Positions 9,299 through 19,540 of a DNA stretch of 64,000 nt are shown piece after piece. Source of the DNA: Candidatus Caldarchaeum sp. (GTDB lineage: Archaea; Thermoproteota; Nitrososphaeria_A; Caldarchaeales; Caldarchaeaceae); the NCBI GenBank assembly GCA_038885755.1, contig JAVZZH010000002.1:32001-96000 (forward strand), written 5' to 3'. The notes under the pieces are model-generated. The model saw only the letters and a program-made list of their open reading frames with translations. It was not told the DNA's origin and made no database searches. The position numbers were made by a program, and so were the translations under genes. Positions within the stretch are counted from its first letter, which is position 1, and every line of letters begins with the position of its first letter.

Positions 9299-10234
9299 AT
9301 GAAATCGCCCTTCATGAAACGGCACATAATCTCCGCAAAGCAGTTCGAGAGAGACGAGGTCCTGAACCTGTTTGAAAAAGCGAAGAGGCTTAAACAGCTA
9401 TTCAAGGAGAAGCGGGTCCTCAACCTAGCCGGGGACAGGATAATGACCACGGTCTTCCTCGAGCCCAGCACGAGGACGAGGCTGAGCTTCGCCTTCGCCA
9501 TGAAGAGGCTGGGCGGAGACGTGGTGGATTTTGGAGCTGAGGAGATAACCAGCAGGGCTAAGGGCGAGTCTTTCGAGGACACGATGAAGATGCTTGACTG
9601 CTATTCGCCCGACGTGATAGTGTTGAGGAGCAGGGAGGTCGGGGCCGCTGAAAAAGCATCGAAGATTGTAAGCTGCCCGGTCGTCAACGCTGGAGACGGC
9701 TGGAACGAGCACCCCACTCAGGCCCTCCTAGACGTCTACACCGTTTGGGAGGTTCTGGGCAGGGTTGACGGGCTGAGCGTGGGGATTATGGGCGACCTGA
9801 AGTATGGAAGAACGCCCAGCAGCCTCTCCTACCTCCTGTCCAAGTTCAGCAACATCTCCATCACCTACATAGCGCCCGCCGAGCTGCAGATAAGGCAGGA
9901 AGTACTGGACTACGTCAAAAACATCAGGGTAAGCATGCGTTCTAGGCTGGAGGAGGTTGAGGAAGAGCTCGACATCCTGTACGTCACGAGGCTGCAGAAA
10001 GAACGCTTCACCGACCAGCGGCTCTACGAGTCGTTGAAAGGCAGCTACACCCTGACCCCGGCTCTTCTCAAAAAGCTGAAGAAAACCCCGGTCATACTCC
10101 ATCCTCTACCACGGGTGGACGAGCTCTCAACCGAAGTAGACAACCTGCCAGAGGCCAAGTACTTCTTACAAGCTGAGAACGGCGTCTACGTGAGAGCCGC
10201 CCTGATAGCCGAGCTGCTGTCGTTGAACACGTGA
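9299..10234 (+). CDS. pyrB: Aspartate carbamoyltransferase catalytic subunit
   Basis: EPSTRTRLSF, NAGDG.NEHPTQALLD, GDLKYGRT, LYVTRLQKER, HPLPR. Confidence 0.95.
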   Translation: MKSPFMKRHIISAKQFERDEVLNLFEKAKRLKQLFKEKRVLNLAGDRIMTTVFLEPSTRTRLSFAFAMKRLGGDVVDFGAEEITSRAKGESFEDTMKMLDCYSPDVIVLRSREVGAAEKASKIVSCPVVNAGDGWNEHPTQALLDVYTVWEVLGRVDGLSVGIMGDLKYGRTPSSLSYLLSKFSNISITYIAPAELQIRQEVLDYVKNIRVSMRSRLEEVEEELDILYVTRLQKERFTDQRLYESLKGSYTLTPALLKKLKKTPVILHPLPRVDELSTEVDNLPEAKYFLQAENGVYVRAALIAELLSLNT

Positions 10235-10274
10235 AGGAAGCTCGATTAAATGCCTGCCACGCTACATTTGGTTA

Positions 10275-10706
10275 ATGATTTCTTCGTCAAGCTCAGACGC
10301 TCTAGAAATCCTACGTGAAAGGCTTGGACGTCAAGACTTCACCGTTGTGGGAAGAGACACGGTGAGTTACGAATAAGCTGCGGGAGTTAAGGGCTTACTG
10401 CGGTATGTTGAAGACCATGTGGGCGGGAAACGTAAGTAGGCCCGAATCGTCAGGAGCACCGTTCCCCACGGCTTGATCAAATCAATCAAGCTTAAGGGCG
10501 GCGGGTTTCTCATCACCGAGTCATACGGCCCCTACGGGCCCTACGATGCCAAAAGCATAGGAGAGCTGGCGACCAAATCCGTCGGCTCCGCGATAGCCAA
10601 CGCCGTCTCCCGGGCTCTGGGCAAGCGTGTAAAATCTCTACCCATCAAGCCTGAAGAAGCCCTGCGTATGCTGAAGGACTCCCTTGTTGTAAAACTAATT
10701 AAGTGA
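10275..10706 (+). pseudogene. Internally deleted xanthine dehydrogenase-family molybdopterin subunit
   Basis: One frame from ATG 10275 reads FTVVGRD..E*..LRYVEDH..K*ARIVRSTVPHGLIKSI (N-terminal motifs, two stops), joined directly to C-terminal motifs GPYDAKSIGE..AIANAV.RALGKRVKSLPIKPE. Confidence 0.8.
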
Positions 10707-10733
10707 TTTTTCGATTCTCGACCGTGGTGATGG

Positions 10734-11771
10734 ATGCCTAGAGTGGTCTTGATAAGAGGCGATGGAACGGGGCCTGAGCTGGCTGAGGCTTTGAAGACTG
10801 TTTTCGCAGCCATCTCTCCACCCGTAGAGTTGGTTGAGTGCGAGGCTGGGTCGGAGTGGTGGAGCAGGCATGGAGGAAACAGCATGATCCCTCCCGAGAC
10901 ATGGGAAGCCATCAAGTCGAGCGACGCCTGCTTCAAGTCGCCGACCACGACCCCGCCCGACCCGAAGGCCCCCCGGAGCGTGGCGGTGTCAATCCGTCAG
11001 GAAATGGACCTATACGCAAACGTCAGGCCCATCAAGACCTTCAAGGGGGCTGAGAGCCCGCTGTCTCAGATATTCGGCCCGTTCGACTTTGTCTGCGTAA
11101 GGGAGGCTACGGAGGGCCTTTACTCAGGGATCGAGTACAAGCTCACCGACGACGTCTCGATCGCTGTCAGGAAGATTACGAGGAGGTCTAGCGAGCGGGT
11201 GGCTAGGTGGGCTTTCAGGCTGGCCCGCGAGAAGGGATGGAGCAAGGTGATCGCAGTAACCAAGCGGAACATCCTGAAGGTTTCGGACGGGGTTTTCTGG
11301 GAGGCTGTCGAGAACGTTGCGAAGGAGTTTCCGGGGATCGAGTACGAGGAGTACTACATCGACAACATGTCTCAGCAGCTTGTCAAGAACCCTAACAGGT
11401 TCAACCAGAACGTCATCCTGAGCACCAACCTGTTCATGGACGTGCTGTCGGAGCTGGCGGCCGGGCTTGTCGGCAACATAGGGATGGTTTACGCCGCAAA
11501 CATAGGCGACAGATACGCCATGTTCGAGCCCGCTCACGGCAGCGCCCCCAAGTACAAGGGGATGGACAGGGTGAACCCCACGGCCACCATACTCTCGGGT
11601 GCTTGGATGCTAAAATACCTCGGCCTGCATAAATACGGTGAAGCAGTCGAGAGAGCCACGGAGGAGGTGATCGCTGAGAAGAAGAACGTGACTGTTGACA
11701 TGGGTGGGACAGCCAAAACGTCTGAGATGGCTGCGGCTATAGCTAGGAGAGCAGCCACGCTCCTCTCCTAA
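10734..11771 (+). CDS. Isocitrate/isopropylmalate dehydrogenase family enzyme (likely isocitrate dehydrogenase)
   Basis: GDGTGPE, RSVAVSIRQEMDLYANVRP, REATEGLY, KRNILK, NLFMDVLSE, FEPAHGSAPKY. Confidence 0.88.
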   Translation: MPRVVLIRGDGTGPELAEALKTVFAAISPPVELVECEAGSEWWSRHGGNSMIPPETWEAIKSSDACFKSPTTTPPDPKAPRSVAVSIRQEMDLYANVRPIKTFKGAESPLSQIFGPFDFVCVREATEGLYSGIEYKLTDDVSIAVRKITRRSSERVARWAFRLAREKGWSKVIAVTKRNILKVSDGVFWEAVENVAKEFPGIEYEEYYIDNMSQQLVKNPNRFNQNVILSTNLFMDVLSELAAGLVGNIGMVYAANIGDRYAMFEPAHGSAPKYKGMDRVNPTATILSGAWMLKYLGLHKYGEAVERATEEVIAEKKNVTVDMGGTAKTSEMAAAIARRAATLLS

Positions 11772-13291
11772 AAATCCTCAACCCCTAGAATCATGCGTCC
11801 GGGCTTTGCACGGTAAGCCGGATGCCCGACGGCCACGACCAGCACGTTCTCCTTCTCTCCCGCGTGAGGGGAGAAGAACTCTCTCACATCGTCGTCGTAG
11901 AAAGTAAGCCCCGTTGCGCCGACCCCAGCCATGTAAGCAGCTAGGTAGGCCAGCCCAGCCCTGATACCTCCCTCCAGCTGCGCAACCCTGTATCCACGGT
12001 TGCCCAATTTCTTGAGAACATCAGTCAACGGAGTCATGAAGAAAAACACGGCGGCGGCGTCGCTGCCCAAGTCCTGCTCCAGACAAAGATAGCCGCTGAC
12101 TCTCCGAAACTCACCCCGCTTGAGCGTCTTGAGGTTTTCCCCGTCGTAGAAGTAGGCGCCCGGAGGAAGGCCTTCAACCGAGTGTGCTATGACGTAGATA
12201 TCTATGTGGGGCCCGTTGAAGTCCGTCCTCAAGCTTTGCGACGCCGTTTCGAGGATTGTGGAGAGCTGATTCAGAGTTATTGGCTGCCTGCTGAACCTTC
12301 TCGTGGAGCCGCGTCTAAGTATGGTCTCCCAGAGCGGGGGCCCTGCCGCGTCCGCAGGCTTCAGCTCGATCACCTCACCATCCTCGTGTCTCAGCTCCCT
12401 CTTCTGCATAGCCCTAGCTCTCCAATCCTCCAGCTCCTCGGTAGAATGTATGCATGAGGCCAGATGCATCTCCTCCACAAGCCTGTAGGACACTTCCCTC
12501 GCGGACAATGGTCTAACCCTCGGGCTTACCGCCTCTACGACGGCGTGCTCGGGAGCTGGTTTAACCGACCGCCCCACCGGAACCACGGCGACCGCTGCTT
12601 CCCTCAACCCATCGACCGCCACAAGCCTGTTTACCGCCTCGTCCACGAACCCGGCCGCCACGACGGACTCGAGCCCGTAAGAGCTGCACACAGCCAGAAG
12701 ATTGGCCAACATAACGCCCGAGTCCCAGAACCAGTGCCTGTAAGACCTCTCCCTGTACTTCCAAGCGTTGCGCCATCCTATCGACGTTAGGACGATGGAT
12801 GCTTGGCTGGATCCAGCCTCTCCGAGGGAGTTCCTTGCTAGGAACCCGCGGTAGTCTCCTGACCTCAGGCATGTTAGGGCGTATCTGCTGGGGCTGAAGT
12901 GGTACACGCCGTCCGCAAGCCCGTCAACATCCCCCGCTACGACGTAAACCTCTGTCGGGTAGAGGGCTCCGGTCGCAGGTGCGGCCCTGAAGTAGTGGAC
13001 GCCGTCGGGGTATCTTACCTCACGGGTTATTCCCGCCGTGAAATACAGCAGCGAGGCTAGGGACTCGAGGCTGAGACGGTTTCCCCCGGCGGTGGCGAGG
13101 TTCTTCAGGGTTCTTGACATGGGCTTGGGTATTTCTCGTGGCAGGCGTGTGGACGGCAGGTCTTCGTAGGTCTTGAAGGGATGCGGCTTGTTGGCCCAGT
13201 CCAGCCTGTGGAGGACTGTGCGTACGCTCACGTAGCTGTGCTTCGTGGCTTCGTGGAACTCCAACGCCTTCCGGTAGTCGGGGCTAGTCAA
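11768..13291 (-). CDS. SagB/ThcOx-family double nitroreductase-domain dehydrogenase
   Basis: FHEATKHS, RAAPATGALYPTEVY, WKYRERSYR..WDSG; second domain RRGSTRRF, RGYRVAQLEGG, ATGLTFYDD. Confidence 0.88.
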   Translation of the reverse strand: MTSPDYRKALEFHEATKHSYVSVRTVLHRLDWANKPHPFKTYEDLPSTRLPREIPKPMSRTLKNLATAGGNRLSLESLASLLYFTAGITREVRYPDGVHYFRAAPATGALYPTEVYVVAGDVDGLADGVYHFSPSRYALTCLRSGDYRGFLARNSLGEAGSSQASIVLTSIGWRNAWKYRERSYRHWFWDSGVMLANLLAVCSSYGLESVVAAGFVDEAVNRLVAVDGLREAAVAVVPVGRSVKPAPEHAVVEAVSPRVRPLSAREVSYRLVEEMHLASCIHSTEELEDWRARAMQKRELRHEDGEVIELKPADAAGPPLWETILRRGSTRRFSRQPITLNQLSTILETASQSLRTDFNGPHIDIYVIAHSVEGLPPGAYFYDGENLKTLKRGEFRRVSGYLCLEQDLGSDAAAVFFFMTPLTDVLKKLGNRGYRVAQLEGGIRAGLAYLAAYMAGVGATGLTFYDDDVREFFSPHAGEKENVLVVAVGHPAYRAKPGRMILGVEDF

Positions 13292-13596
13292 GCACCAGCG
13301 TCAAGAAACGAAACCATGCAGGTATTAAGCTCAGCGGACAGTAAGACAAGCAGCTCCGCAGAAGACCGTCTGGGATGCGCATAAGCACCGGGATGCTTGC
13401 TTTGCTCATCGAAACTCGGCTCCGAAACGCCAACCCTTAAGCCAATCCCATCCCTCAGGTAGTCGGCTATGTAGGCCTGCAACTCTCCCTCCTGCCCCGT
13501 CGCGCTTGGGACCGGGACGACCTTCCGCAGAAACTTGACGAGCTCTTCACGGCGCTTGTCTACGCTTGAAAGTGCTGTGTCTTTGACGGACTGCAT
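13288..13596 (-). pseudogene. Truncated ArgE/DapE (M20) deacylase N-terminus
   Basis: REELVKFLRKVVPVPSATGQEGELQAYIADYL matches the M20 N-terminus; the frame degenerates before the HxD metal motif. Confidence 0.7.
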
Positions 13597-13693
13597 GACG
13601 TCCGCACGGTTTCCGGAGTGGGGTTCAAGGCTTTTTTTTCAGAAAACAGGCGTGAAACACGTAAATATTCCACCTGTCGACAGATTTTCTGCG

Positions 13694-14641
13694 TTGCCGT
13701 CTAAAGTCAGGCTTGGGATAAGTCTGCAGAACTATTTCGCCTCAGACGATCACATCTCTATCAAAGACCTGCTGGAGACCGCTAAGCTGGCGGAAGACCT
13801 AGGGTTCCACTCTGTCTGGGTGTGGGACCACCTCGTTTTAGGAAGCCGGAAATACTTCCCCATACACGAGTCCCTCGTCGTTCTCTCCGCAGTCGCAGCA
13901 CACACAACCAGAGTCAGGCTCGGGACCGGAATCTACCTACTAACCCTCCGCACCCCTCTCGCTGTTGCTAAGCAGTTGACAGCCATAGACCATTTGAGCG
14001 GCGGGCGAATAACTTTCGGCGTTGCGGCGGGATGGTACGAGAGGGAGTTCAAGGCGAGCGGGGTTCCGTTCAACAAGAGAGGGGAGATACTCGTCAAATA
14101 CGTCAAAATAATCAAGAGGCTGTTGACTGAAGACTACGTCGACGGCGTCTACGACGGGCTGCAGTTCGACAAAGTCAGGCTGGAGCCGAAGCCTGTTCAG
14201 AAACCTCATCCACCCATATGGCTGGGAGGCTATGTTGAGAAGGCGTTGGAGAGAGTTGGCGTGATTGGCGACGGCTGGGTCTCCTACTTCTACACGCCGT
14301 CGAGCTTCAAGAAGAGCTGGGAGAAGATTCTAGGCTATGCTGGTAAGCATGGACGCAGCGGTGAAAAACTCGACAACTGCGTGATGGTGCCGGCGTTGAT
14401 AGACGAGAATAGGGTTTCAGCTATGAAGAGGGTGAACAGCTTCGTGAGCAGGTACTGCGACCTCCCGCCTTGGAGCGAGGCTTCAGCAGAAAGCGCTGTG
14501 GCGGGCAGCAGAGACGAGTGTCTGCTGCAAGTCGAGAGGTACCGGGAGAGCGGGGTGAGGGAGCTGGCTTTGATGCCGGTGTTTGAATCCCCCAAGCAGG
14601 TCAACGAGAGAGTCAGGGAGATTGGGCGGGCTTTGCTTTAA
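13694..14641 (+). CDS. Luciferase-like (LLM class) flavin/F420-dependent oxidoreductase
   Basis: AEDLGFHSVWVWDH, RVRLGTG, DHLSGGR..FGVAAGWYEREF, PKPVQKPHPPIWLGG, GDGW. Likely start is TTG 13694 (ORF track start 13535). Confidence 0.88.
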   Translation: MPSKVRLGISLQNYFASDDHISIKDLLETAKLAEDLGFHSVWVWDHLVLGSRKYFPIHESLVVLSAVAAHTTRVRLGTGIYLLTLRTPLAVAKQLTAIDHLSGGRITFGVAAGWYEREFKASGVPFNKRGEILVKYVKIIKRLLTEDYVDGVYDGLQFDKVRLEPKPVQKPHPPIWLGGYVEKALERVGVIGDGWVSYFYTPSSFKKSWEKILGYAGKHGRSGEKLDNCVMVPALIDENRVSAMKRVNSFVSRYCDLPPWSEASAESAVAGSRDECLLQVERYRESGVRELALMPVFESPKQVNERVREIGRALL

Positions 14642-14659
14642 GCCAGCGCCTAACCCTTT

Positions 14660-15200
14660 TCAGTAGTCGACCACTACTCCGAACAACCGCTGACGAGGAC
14701 CCATCACCATGTTCTTGTACAGGCTATCGACGAGCTTGACAGGCCACCCGCACAGCTTCGCCGGCAGGCATGCGGTTATCTCGAGCGTGAAGTTAACCTT
14801 GTTCCCGAACCCTCCGCCCACATCAGGCTTCAGAACTTTGACGTTTCCCACAGGCACTTGAAGAGCTTGGGCAATCACGTGCCGAGCTGTAAACCAAGTG
14901 GCTGTTGAAAGCCTCGTCGCACGTAGCTACGACTTGTATGGATCATGAAGCCCGGCTGCCCAGCCTTCCTCCGCCTTACATTCATCTGTCGGCCGCCGAG
15001 AAAACCTCTGCGACGCCGGGAGCGCTGTGGCTGGAACGATGCTGAACACTAGAACCCCAATATCGGAAGAGCAGCGGGGCGTCAGGCTCGAGCGCCGCTC
15101 AACACCACGTCTACAGGCTCTCCAACAAACCTGACACTGTCAACAGCCAGAGGCATGGTCTTGGGGTCTCTCCAGACTAAGCCATCAACGAAAGGGGCTC
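14660..15200 (-). pseudogene. Fragmented xanthine dehydrogenase/CoxL-family large subunit
   Basis: Disconnected motif fragments PLAVDSVRFVGEPV (15082-15200) and IAQALQVPVGNVKVLKPDVGGGFGNK...PVK (14660-14890). Confidence 0.75.
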
Positions 15201-15524
15201 CATGCATCTCGTCAAACCCCTGCCGTTCAAGACCATCTGTAAGCCGGGGAATTGGAGAGCTCTGGAGACGTAAGGCGTGTGCGTAGAGGCTGTTGACTAC
15301 GCAGTGAAGCAGCTTGGGCGGGTTTATGTCGTCGACGTGCTGTCCGAAGCCTTTCAAAAGCCAGCCCACCCTCTCCCTGAAACCGCCATTCTTCAAGCTG
15401 TCGCTCACGAGCGGAGTGCATCATGCTTCAGCCGTCTGCAAACGGCATACAGGTGTCTACGAAAAACAGTTCCATGTATTTTGATTTCTTAAGGCTTAAA
15501 TTACTCAGGAAATCACCAACGTCC

Positions 15525-16883
15525 GTGGCTGTCGACCTTGTTGTAAAAAATGGAATAATCGTGACTTCTGAAGGGATGTTTGAAGGATACTTAGCGGTTG
15601 ATGAGGGCAAGATAGTCTCGATAGGAGTCGGAGCTGAAACTCCTCAGGCTGACAGGGTGATTAACGCCTCGGGGCTGTTCGTTCTCCCCGGCATAATCGA
15701 CGCCCACGTCCACTTCCGCGAGCCGGGCCTCGAGTACAAGGAGGATTTCAGGACAGGCTCGATGGCGGCCGCTGCGGGAGGAGTTGCAACCGTCGTCGAC
15801 ATGCCCAACGTCGTCCCACCTACTCAGGACGCTCAAACCTTCAAGCTTAAGCTGGAGAGAGCGCTCCAGAAATGTCTGGTCGATTTCGCGATACTGGGAG
15901 TCGTGATTCCAACAAACATAGACAGGATCCAAGAGATGGCTAGAGAGGGGGCGATAGGTTATAAGATATTCATGGGCGAAACCACCGGCAACCTTCCAAG
16001 CCCCGACGACTGGGAGCTCATACGTGCTTTCGAAGAGGTTGCTAAGACCGGGCTCAGGGTGTGCGTGCATGCGGAGAACAAACCCATAACCACTCACCTC
16101 GTCAACGAGCTCAAGAAGATGGGCCGCGCCGACCCGCTGGCACATTTAGAATCACGTCCAGCGATCTCGGAGGAGGAGGCGATAATGAGGGCTGTGGTCT
16201 TCGCGAAGCCGTTCCGGACGAAGCTTCACATCGTCCACGTAAGCTCGAAGAACGGAGTGGAGGCCATCAAGCTAGCTAAGAGCATGGGGCTTCCAGTAAC
16301 GGGAGAGACCTGTCCTCACTATCTTTTGCTGGACGGGGTGGAGGCTGTGAAGAAGTATGGGTCGATGATTAAGATGAACCCGCCGGTGAGGACTAGAGAC
16401 CATGCAGAGGCTCTCTGGCAGGGGTTGAAGACAGGTGTTGTGGACATAATCGCCACCGACCATTCACCGCATTCACGGGAGGAGAAGTTCAGGGATAGCA
16501 TCTGGGAAGTCATGGCTGGCGGGCCCGGGGTTGAGACGATGCTGCCTTTGATGCTGAACGAGGTTAGCGGGGGAAGGATTACTCTGACCGAGGTTGTGAA
16601 GTACATGAGCGAGGGGCCGGCGAAGGTCTGGAGCATGTATCCTCAGAAAGGCAGCATCAGGGTCGGAGCTGACGGAGACCTGACGATAGTCGACATGAAC
16701 AGACAGCACACCATCAAGGCTGAGAACCTCCACAGCAAGAGCAAGCTAACCCCGTTCGACGGCTGGACCGTGAAGGGTTTCCCGGTCTACACCATAGTGG
16801 GCGGCCGTGTGGTCATGGAGAACGGCGAGGTCTACGAGGACGGTGGACGTGGAAAGCTCATAAAACCCCTGAAAAACCAGTGA
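15525..16883 (+). CDS. Allantoinase/dihydroorotase-family cyclic amidohydrolase
   Basis: PGIIDAHVHFREPG, YKIFM, HAEN, HIVHVSS, ETCPHYL, KMNPPVR, IATDHSPH. Likely start is GTG 15525 (ORF track start 15423). Confidence 0.9.
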   Translation: MAVDLVVKNGIIVTSEGMFEGYLAVDEGKIVSIGVGAETPQADRVINASGLFVLPGIIDAHVHFREPGLEYKEDFRTGSMAAAAGGVATVVDMPNVVPPTQDAQTFKLKLERALQKCLVDFAILGVVIPTNIDRIQEMAREGAIGYKIFMGETTGNLPSPDDWELIRAFEEVAKTGLRVCVHAENKPITTHLVNELKKMGRADPLAHLESRPAISEEEAIMRAVVFAKPFRTKLHIVHVSSKNGVEAIKLAKSMGLPVTGETCPHYLLLDGVEAVKKYGSMIKMNPPVRTRDHAEALWQGLKTGVVDIIATDHSPHSREEKFRDSIWEVMAGGPGVETMLPLMLNEVSGGRITLTEVVKYMSEGPAKVWSMYPQKGSIRVGADGDLTIVDMNRQHTIKAENLHSKSKLTPFDGWTVKGFPVYTIVGGRVVMENGEVYEDGGRGKLIKPLKNQ

Positions 16884-16899
16884 GACATTTTTCGCCGGC

Positions 16900-17550
16900 T
16901 GAGGCGGTTTCGAGCGGGGGTCGTGGGTTGGCGGGCATGCAGCATGGCTTGTAAGGCTGAACCTAGCCAGCTTCGCAGCCCTCTGCAGCGTCTGGGGCAC
17001 TAGCATTACAGGGTTGGCTGAGAGGATAGACGTCAAGAAAGCGGGGGAGTTTCTGCCGGAGAGCACGGCTGACTACCTTAAGGGATTGGCTGAGGGGGCT
17101 TCAATACCCTACAAACACCTCTTGGCATAACGGGAGGCTGGCTCCTAGGTAGTGCACCGTGCTTTTTGCGATGGGCGACTCCATGGAGAACGGGAACACT
17201 ATCATGCTGAAGAACAGCGAGAAAATAGGGTCCGAAAAAGGAGATAAACGTCGCTGTTGCCGAAAAACCAGACAACGGTCATGCTTTCATCGCCGTGGCT
17301 GCCGCCGGAGAAGCCTTCATCAAGATGGGGCTGAACGAGAGAGGGGTTGCTGCGGGAAGCAACATCTCGAGGATTGGGAGCTGAAGCAGAAGAAGGTTGA
17401 CTTGGGCTGAGGGCTCTGGACAGAGGTTGGCTGATGCGTGAGGGGATCTCGAGGAACTCGTGTGCACAGGGAGCCACGTCAACAGCCCTAGCCCGTCTTC
17501 CATGTCGACGCCGGGAAACATCGCGTTCTTCGCCCACGAGGTAATGCCGC
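16900..17550 (+). pseudogene. Frameshifted C45/C69-type Ntn-hydrolase (peptidase/acyltransferase)
   Basis: Fragments across frames: YLKGLAEGASIPYKHLL (pro-segment), CTVLFAMGD..NGNTIMLKNSE (N-terminal nucleophile Cys), KMGLNERGVAAG, STPGNIAF. Confidence 0.6.
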
Positions 17551-17566
17551 GATATTCCTGAAAGGT

Positions 17567-18739
17567 TCAGCTCAAGACCCTGTCTGTCTGCGACAGCCTG
17601 AAAACACCAGCCTTGAACGTACAGCCAAAAACCTCAACCCTCTCCAACGTCTCTTCAACAGCTTTCTCAACACCCAGCTCAACCCACTTCTCCTCCACAC
17701 TCCTCCAGTCAGCGCTCGTAGCCGGATGCCGGGCAAGTAATGAGCAACAGTCTTTGTACTGCTTCTGCACCACATCCAACAAGCCGTACCTCCCGGCGAG
17801 CTCGATTATCTCATCCTTCCCCATACCGATCAAGGGCCTGAACACCGGAACGTCTGCAGAGGTCTTGACTGCGGCGATGTTGTCGATGGTCTGGGAGGCG
17901 GTCTGAGCCAAGCTGTCGCCTAAAGCCACGGCCCTGTATCCTCCACGCTCCACAATCTTAAACGCTGTTGCCAGCATGTATTTCCTGAAAAGGAGGAGCT
18001 CCAGCCTTGTCCGGCTTCCCAGAACTATGCGGTAGAACGGGGTGAAGTCAGCCATGTAAAGCCTCGTCCTCAACCCGTACAGGGTAAGCCTCTCGACCAG
18101 CTCTTTCATCTTCATCTCGAGGGCTTCCTGCGACGACCTGTAGCTGTGGAAATGGAGAAAATCCACGCGGCAACCTCTTCGCATGAGCAGAACGGATGCC
18201 GTGGCTGAATCAACTCCTCCCGAGAGGAGGCAGAGTACGTTGCCGCTGCTGCCGACGGGAAGCCCTCCAAAACCCCTCACCTTCTCAACGTACAGGTAGG
18301 CGTTGTTCTTAGTTACTTCAACGTAGAGCTTCTTCTCGTTTTTACACACCTTTACTCCGAGCCGTGTCCGCACAATCTCAGCCAGCTGCCTGCGCAGCTG
18401 CTGCGACGTAAAAGGATGCTGCTTGTACGACCTCTTGACATCTATGTCCACAGCGGGCGGAGGAGGGTCTAAAACCTTCAACGCCGTCTCGCTTATCTCT
18501 CCGGCCTCCGGGCTGCATCTGTACCCAACACCTATGTGGCTCACTCCAAACATTTTCCTCAACAACTCCACCGCTGACGTAGACGGGTTGTAGAGAACAA
18601 GCCTGTTCTCGTCCCTCACCAAACGTACGCCACGGCCCAGAACTTGTCTGATGTTGTCGGCTAGCTTCATCTCAAAATAAGACCTCTTCCTACCCTTCAG
18701 CACTATCTCCGAATGATGAACCACTAAGACTCTCTCCAT
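17567..18739 (-). CDS. thiI: tRNA 4-thiouridine synthase (THUMP + PP-loop)
   Basis: SEIVLKGRKR, GFGGLPVGSSG, LLSGGVDS, GDSLAQTASQT, RPLIG, DCCS. Confidence 0.93.
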   Translation of the reverse strand: MERVLVVHHSEIVLKGRKRSYFEMKLADNIRQVLGRGVRLVRDENRLVLYNPSTSAVELLRKMFGVSHIGVGYRCSPEAGEISETALKVLDPPPPAVDIDVKRSYKQHPFTSQQLRRQLAEIVRTRLGVKVCKNEKKLYVEVTKNNAYLYVEKVRGFGGLPVGSSGNVLCLLSGGVDSATASVLLMRRGCRVDFLHFHSYRSSQEALEMKMKELVERLTLYGLRTRLYMADFTPFYRIVLGSRTRLELLLFRKYMLATAFKIVERGGYRAVALGDSLAQTASQTIDNIAAVKTSADVPVFRPLIGMGKDEIIELAGRYGLLDVVQKQYKDCCSLLARHPATSADWRSVEEKWVELGVEKAVEETLERVEVFGCTFKAGVFRLSQTDRVLS

Positions 18740-18823
18740 CCACTCCAGCCCGAATCAAGCCGTTTTAAAATTGTTTATCCTCGAACGAACATGGACCATC
18801 TACCACAGATCGACGCCCGGCTT

Positions 18824-19090
18824 TTATCGAAGACCAACGGACCGCTCAAGCCCTGCAACTTTGTCCAATACAAACACGAGAATAAGGGTGAACGCCATCA
18901 GCAGGGTTGAGGCCACTGCTACGGCTGGGTCGAAGACAGCCTTCAGGTAAGCGAAAAGCGCCGCCGAAAAAGTGTAGTTTCTGACGTCCGACAGAAAAAC
19001 GCTCACCGCGTAATCGTTCATAGATACTGCAGAGGAGAATACCAGCGATGCGAGAAGCCCCGGCTTAACAAGAGTCAGCGTTATGTGCAT
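18824..19090 (-). pseudogene. Orphan C-terminal fragment of a PotC/FbpB-type ABC permease
   Basis: HITLTLVKPGLLAS..FS.AVSMNDY..SVFL...FDPAVAVAST; the N-terminal half and partner genes are absent. Confidence 0.7.
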
Positions 19091-19140
19091 GAATGTTTTA
19101 AGTTCGTTTCGGGCTTAATTAGCCTGTCTGGCTTGTATGG

Positions 19141-19430
19141 GTGTGGCGGGTTGTCGCCGTTTTCGCGCAAGAGTGGGGCTTTGCTGTGATAGGCTCGTTG
19201 GTTGTGGGTTCAGTTGTGCTGACTAGGTTCATCGGCTTGGGCGGGAGGCCTGAGAGAGCTGGGCGGGAGTCGTCGGGCGAGGTTGTTGCTCTGCCGAAGC
19301 CACGGCTCGACGGCCACCTGTCGGTTGAGGAGGCCATTCATCTCAGGAGGTCTCGGAGAGATTACGGGCCTGAGCCGCTGAGCCTTGAGCATGTTTCTTA
19401 GCTTCCCTGGGCTGCTAGGGAGTGACGATG
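19141..19430 (+). pseudogene. Truncated SagB/ThcOx-type nitroreductase
   Basis: LPKPRLDGHLSVEEAIHLRRSRRDY..EPLSLEHVS*LPWAA: TAG where the family has Q-LLWAAQG; the rest is missing. Confidence 0.75.
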
Positions 19431-19540
19431 CGCCATCTCTGGACGGGTTTGCGGACGGATTCGTTCACCTACTCCTAGCGGTCGAGCTCAGGTTCCTCAC
19501 AGCGTGATACGTTTTATAGAGGGAGGTGGTTTTTAACAGC

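Noticed and set aside
11768-13291. SagB-like dehydrogenase as part of a TOMM/RiPP cluster
   Set aside because: No YcaO cyclodehydratase, precursor peptide or exporter nearby; stand-alone double nitroreductases are common.
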